DNA of 64,000 nt. Origin: Malacoraja senta (lineage: Eukaryota). The notes beneath the pieces are model-generated. The model was not told where the DNA came from. It made no database searches and saw only the letters and a program-made list of their open reading frames with translations. Shown piece after piece: positions 59,781 to 64,000 of the stretch (positions within the stretch are counted from its first letter, which is position 1; each line of letters begins with the position of its first letter). The DNA lies in contig JAXLNO010001237.1 in the NCBI GenBank assembly GCA_038087875.1, positions 124,001-188,000 of the forward strand, read 5' to 3'. The translations under genes and the position numbers were made by a program.

Positions 59781-60370
59781 AAATATGTGAAGTGGCGGCG
59801 CCTAACGGCAACGGCTCGGCTGCAGTCTGTCTGTCTTTTTTTAATTTTTGTCCCATTAGATGTATGTTTTTGGTTCTAATTTTTATTATTTTTTAGCTGT
59901 GTATATGTGGGGGGGGGAGGTGGGTGAAACCGTTTAATCTCTTCCCTGTACGGGGACCCGACTTTTTCTCCGGTGTCGATGGGCCTAACATCGTGGAGCC
60001 GGCGGCTGCCTCCAACTCTGTGGGCTCGCCATCGCGGAGCTGGCCGACTTCGGAGCGGGGACAGCTGTGGTGGCGCGCGACTGCAACCCGACTTCGGAGC
60101 TTCGGAGGCTCCGGCTGCAGGCCCGGTGGACAGGAACATCGCAGATCCCTGGTGGGAGACCGCTTTACGGAGCTCCCGCAATGGCAACTTCTCCAGCCGG
60201 AATCGCGGGGTTTAAATGACTCTGAGCAGGGCCTAACATCGCCCGGCGCGGCTTAAACGGCCGCGGGACTTACCATCGCCCGCCGGGGGCTTTACAATCG
60301 TGAGACCCAGTCGCCTCGATGCTGTAGTTGGACTGCTGGACCGCGGGAGAAGAACAAAGGGAAGATATAA
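59781..60370. repeat. Unclassified GC/CpG-rich interspersed repeat
   Basis: CpG-rich block with internal GGGCCTAACATCG repeats and no splice-supported ORF; nearby ATGACAATAAA LINE-type tail. Confidence 0.35.
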
Positions 60371-60892
60371 GTCTGTAGAAGGGTTTCGGCCCGACACGTT
60401 GCCTATTTCCTTCGCTCCATAGATGCTGCCGCACCCGCTGAGTTTCTCCAGCAATTTTGTCTACCAAGGGAAGAGATAAGACTTTTGCCTTCCATCACAG
60501 TGAGGAGGTGTTGGAGATTCACTGTGATGGATGTTTGTGTAAATTGTGTAAAGTGTTTTTTTGTTTTCTTTTTGTAATGTCATAACTCAGTGATTTCATA
60601 GGAATGAAATTTCGTTCAAACCTTGTCTGTTTGAATGACAATAAAAGGCATTCTATTCCACAAAGCTTCAAGGGTGAGAGGGAGAAAGTTTAAAGGAGCT
60701 TTACAAGGTTTTTTTTTACACGGAGTGGTACTGCTGAAGTAAGTGGTGAAAGTAGATATGAGAGAATGTTTCAGAGGAATTCAGAAAGGCATATCAACAG
60801 GCAGGGAATAGAGTGACACCTACAATGTGCAGGAATTGTGGTTAGTTTGGGATTAAGCAAATCCCTTGATGAGCTTAAGGACTCTAGTACAC

Positions 60893-63330
60893 GAGTTTAG
60901 TCACTGGAGTTTAGAAGGATGAGGGGGGATCTTGTAGAAACATATAAAATTATAAAAGGACTGGACAAGCTAGATGCAAGAAAAATGTTCCCAATTTTGG
61001 GCGAGTCCAGAACCAGGGGCCACAGTCTTAGAATAATGGGGAGGCCATTTAAGGCTGAGGTGAGAAAAAACTTTTTCACCCAGAGAGTTGTGAATTTATG
61101 GAATTCCCTGCCACAGAGAGCAGTGGAGGCCAAGTCACTGGATGGATTTAAGAGAGAGTTAGATAGAGCTCTAGAGGCTAGTGGAGTCAAGGGATATGGG
61201 GAGAAGGCAGGCATGGGTTATTGATAGGGGATGATCAGCCATGATCACAATGAATGGCGGTGCTGGCTTGAAGGGCCGAATGGCCTCCTCCACCTATTGT
61301 CTATGTTTCTAAGAGGGGAATTTAGAGTTCAAGAAGAGGACATGAGATAGCTTTGGCAGGTAAGTAAATGAGAATCCTAAGAGATTCTGTAAGTACCGTA
61401 AATGGAGAGCAAAAGAGTAAAGAGGGAGAGAATATGTCCATTTAAGGAGCAATGTAGTCATCTATGCTTGGATTCTTAACCGGTGTATGAGATCCTAAAT
61501 TAATATTTCCCATCGGTACTTACTGTGGAGGAAGTCAAGGAAGCTAAGGAGTTATGGAATAAACAATGGAAGATCCAGTAAATTAAGTCAGTTGTTTGAG
61601 GTCAGTCGTGAGTAAAGGCAACAGTGGCAATAGAGGGATACCTAAATAATTACTAAGCATATAACAGCTAACAATGTCACAAAATAGCCTTTTGATAAAT
61701 TGCATTGATGTTGGCTCTAATTATATGTTGACAGATTTTCCCTCAATAAATTCCATCTTCCACAGTCTGGCCACACAATGACTCTGTTTGTGTCTTGGTA
61801 ACTTGCATCACTGCCTAACTCAGTAGTGTCTGTGAACATGGCTGAACTTCATCAGGTCACTGTCTGGTCTATTGACTCAGTTTCTCTCATTTCTGTCGCT
61901 GTCTCACTGACAAATGTTTTCAGAGTATTGGGCTATTCATTCAGTCTACAGCAGCTGATTCTGCTTTTATATATAACTCTGAATTCCCCCATCTGGTTAA
62001 AAGTGCAGGTCCCTAAGGATTACCAACGGTTGCCATATGACACGCCCTGCCAATTATGCAACCTCTCTGACTCTTATTTTGCAAAGTTACCTCATACTTT
62101 GTGTGCTCACATATTTGGAACCTGATAAAATTATTCCTGTAAATTACATGGAGGCAATATCGACAAACGTTTCATCACCATTACAGACCATGAGGGAGAA
62201 GTTGCTGTCTTCACACCATATTACCGAGCTCTCTATCTCTTTCCTCTAAGCTTGTGAAAAAGACTGTGACTGCTGACAAGTCTCACACTTCTGCTCTCTT
62301 TCCCTCTCCATCCTCCCAGAACAAGGATAGGGTTCCTCTTGTCCTCATCTCCCATCCCTGCCAGCCCCATATTATTAATGAGCTTTCCCACAAAGCAATT
62401 ATGATGAAGGACATTTGCTTAGAAAAGCAAGGTGTAGAATCAGTCAGGGTTGAAGCTTAGAAGCAGCAAGTTCTGCAAGTGCCCTCCATTTCTGCCAGTC
62501 ATCCAATTGTGACTTGTCATAGTTTTTTTCTCTCTCCATTAGTACAGCCTGCCCAGCTATCAGCAACACATATAGAGACAAGAAAGCACCATCTCTTCAT
62601 CACTATCACCGTCGTACAATGGGATCAGGGGATCCTTGTTCATCAGTCTATGAAAGTAAGCATGCAGGTACAGCAGGCAGTGAAGAAAGCGAATGGCATG
62701 TAGGCCTTTATAACAAGAGGAGTCGAGTATAGGAGCAAAGAGGTCCTTCTGCAGTTCTACAGGGCCCTAGTGAGACCACACCTGGAGTATTGTGTGCAGT
62801 TTTGGTCCCCTAATTTGAGGAAGGACATTCTTGCTATTGAAGGCAGCGTAGGTTTACAAGGTTAATTCCCGGGATGGTGGGACTGTCATATGCTGAGAGA
62901 ATGGAGCGGCTGGGCTTGTCCACACTGGAGTTTAGAAGGAGAGGGGATCTTATTGAAACATATAAGATTGTTAAGGGTTTGGACACGCTAGAGGCAGGAA
63001 ACATGTTCCCAATTTGGGAGAGTCCAGAACGAGGGGCCACAGTTTAAGAATAAGGGGTAAGCCATTTAGAACGGAGATGAGGAAACACTTTTTCTCACAG
63101 AGAGTTGTGAGTCTGTGGAATACTCTGCCTCAGAGGGCGGTGGAGGCCGGATCTCTGGATACTTTCAAGAGAGAGCCAGATAGGGCTCTTAAAAATAGCG
63201 GAGTCAGGGGATATGGGGAGAAGGCAGGAACGAGGTACTGATTGGGGATGATCAGCCATGATCACATTGAATGGTGGTGCTGGCTCGAAGGGCCGAATGG
63301 CCTACTCCTACACCTATTGTCTATTGTCTC
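60893..63330 (+). mobile_element. CR1 3' fragments (60893-61310 and 62620-63330)
   Basis: TRGHSLRI and NLWNSLPQRAVEA motifs and CR1 3' ends. Similar smaller fragments at about 3560-4330 (-), 4713-5012, 5400-5760 and 7345-7950. Confidence 0.85.
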
Positions 63331-64000
63331 TTTCCAAATTGTCGCATCAACAAATTTGGTCTTACCACATCAGAGATATTCTCTTTGGCCTTTCCATCCC
63401 ACCCTCACATTCTCTAAGACATAAAACAAACTTATATTTTCTCAGGAGCATCTCAGGTAGTCTTGGGTCAGGATACTTCTCCTGACCTGAAACGTCACCT
63501 TTCCAATTTTCCCCGAGATTCTGCCTGGCCTACTCGAGTTACTGTGGCATCTTGTGTCTATCTTTGGTATAAACCAGCATCTGCGGTTCCTTATTATTAC
63601 CTTTTCTCTTTCCCAGTTCTGACCAAGGATCGCAGCTTGAAATGTGTACTGTTTCTCTTTCCACAGATGCAGACAAACCTGCTTAGGGTTTCCAGCGTTT
63701 GGTGGTTTTATTTCATGTTAGCAGAATCGGCAATTTCTTGGTTGTCATGGATTGGGAAATGCTGATTAGAAAGGATCTTTGATGCATCTAAACATCAGTT
63801 ACTGAAAGCAAACACGCACGTACAGTGTGGTAACTGTATTGTTATAGGGCTTAAGTACGTATAAGGATAACACAACATTTATACAGGGCCATTTTAATTT
63901 TCCAATTAAGGAGTATTGTAGAAAAGTTTGGAAAATTATAATGTGTTTGCAGCTGGCTTGCTTATTTATTTTCATATCCTGGGCAGGAAAGGATCAGGTC

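Noticed and set aside
1-64000. CRISPR arrays, rRNA, bona fide tRNA genes, prokaryotic operons
   Set aside because: None seen. tRNA-like A/B boxes belong to SINE heads and the tRNA-complementary stretch is a retroviral PBS. Most short ORFs in the track are antisense or off-frame TE translations.

Overview
Repeat-dense vertebrate genomic DNA with no prokaryotic features. The repeat content (CR1/HER1-type LINEs, HE1-like V-SINEs, Penelope tails) points to a cartilaginous fish, probably a skate or ray; this is inference. Reading splice sites by hand gives one coherent minus-strand gene of about 31 kb: leader (42835-42898), Ig V-J exon 1 (42301-42651), Ig V-J exon 2 (41037-41381), a 26.6 kb intron holding a nested ERV and a broken third V-J exon (17535-17779), TM exon (14310-14438), and three cytoplasmic exons (14071-14144, 11499-11540, 11352-11408), followed by AATAAA. 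All junctions are GT-AG and phase-compatible (1062 nt, 354 codons). The product would be a non-rearranging receptor with two TCR/Ig-light-chain-like germline-joined VJ domains, no C domain, an uncharged TM segment, a TDYENI motif and its own canonical ITAM (YMDL-x7-YGHL) assembled across an exon junction. I do not recognise it as a named gene. Caveats: the canonical leader exon has an in-frame TGA, although an in-frame ATG in the L-V1 intron could supply an alternative leader, and expression is untested. The rest is transposable elements: a 19 kb ERV (4-bp TSD, tRNA-Ser PBS, env remnant) containing MITE > CR1 > near-intact L1, two Tc1 copies, a Crack/L2-like element inside Rex1, a TIR element carrying a CpG-rich captured ORF, and Penelope tails with hammerhead-ribozyme cores. 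No database searches were run; family names come from motif recognition and recall.
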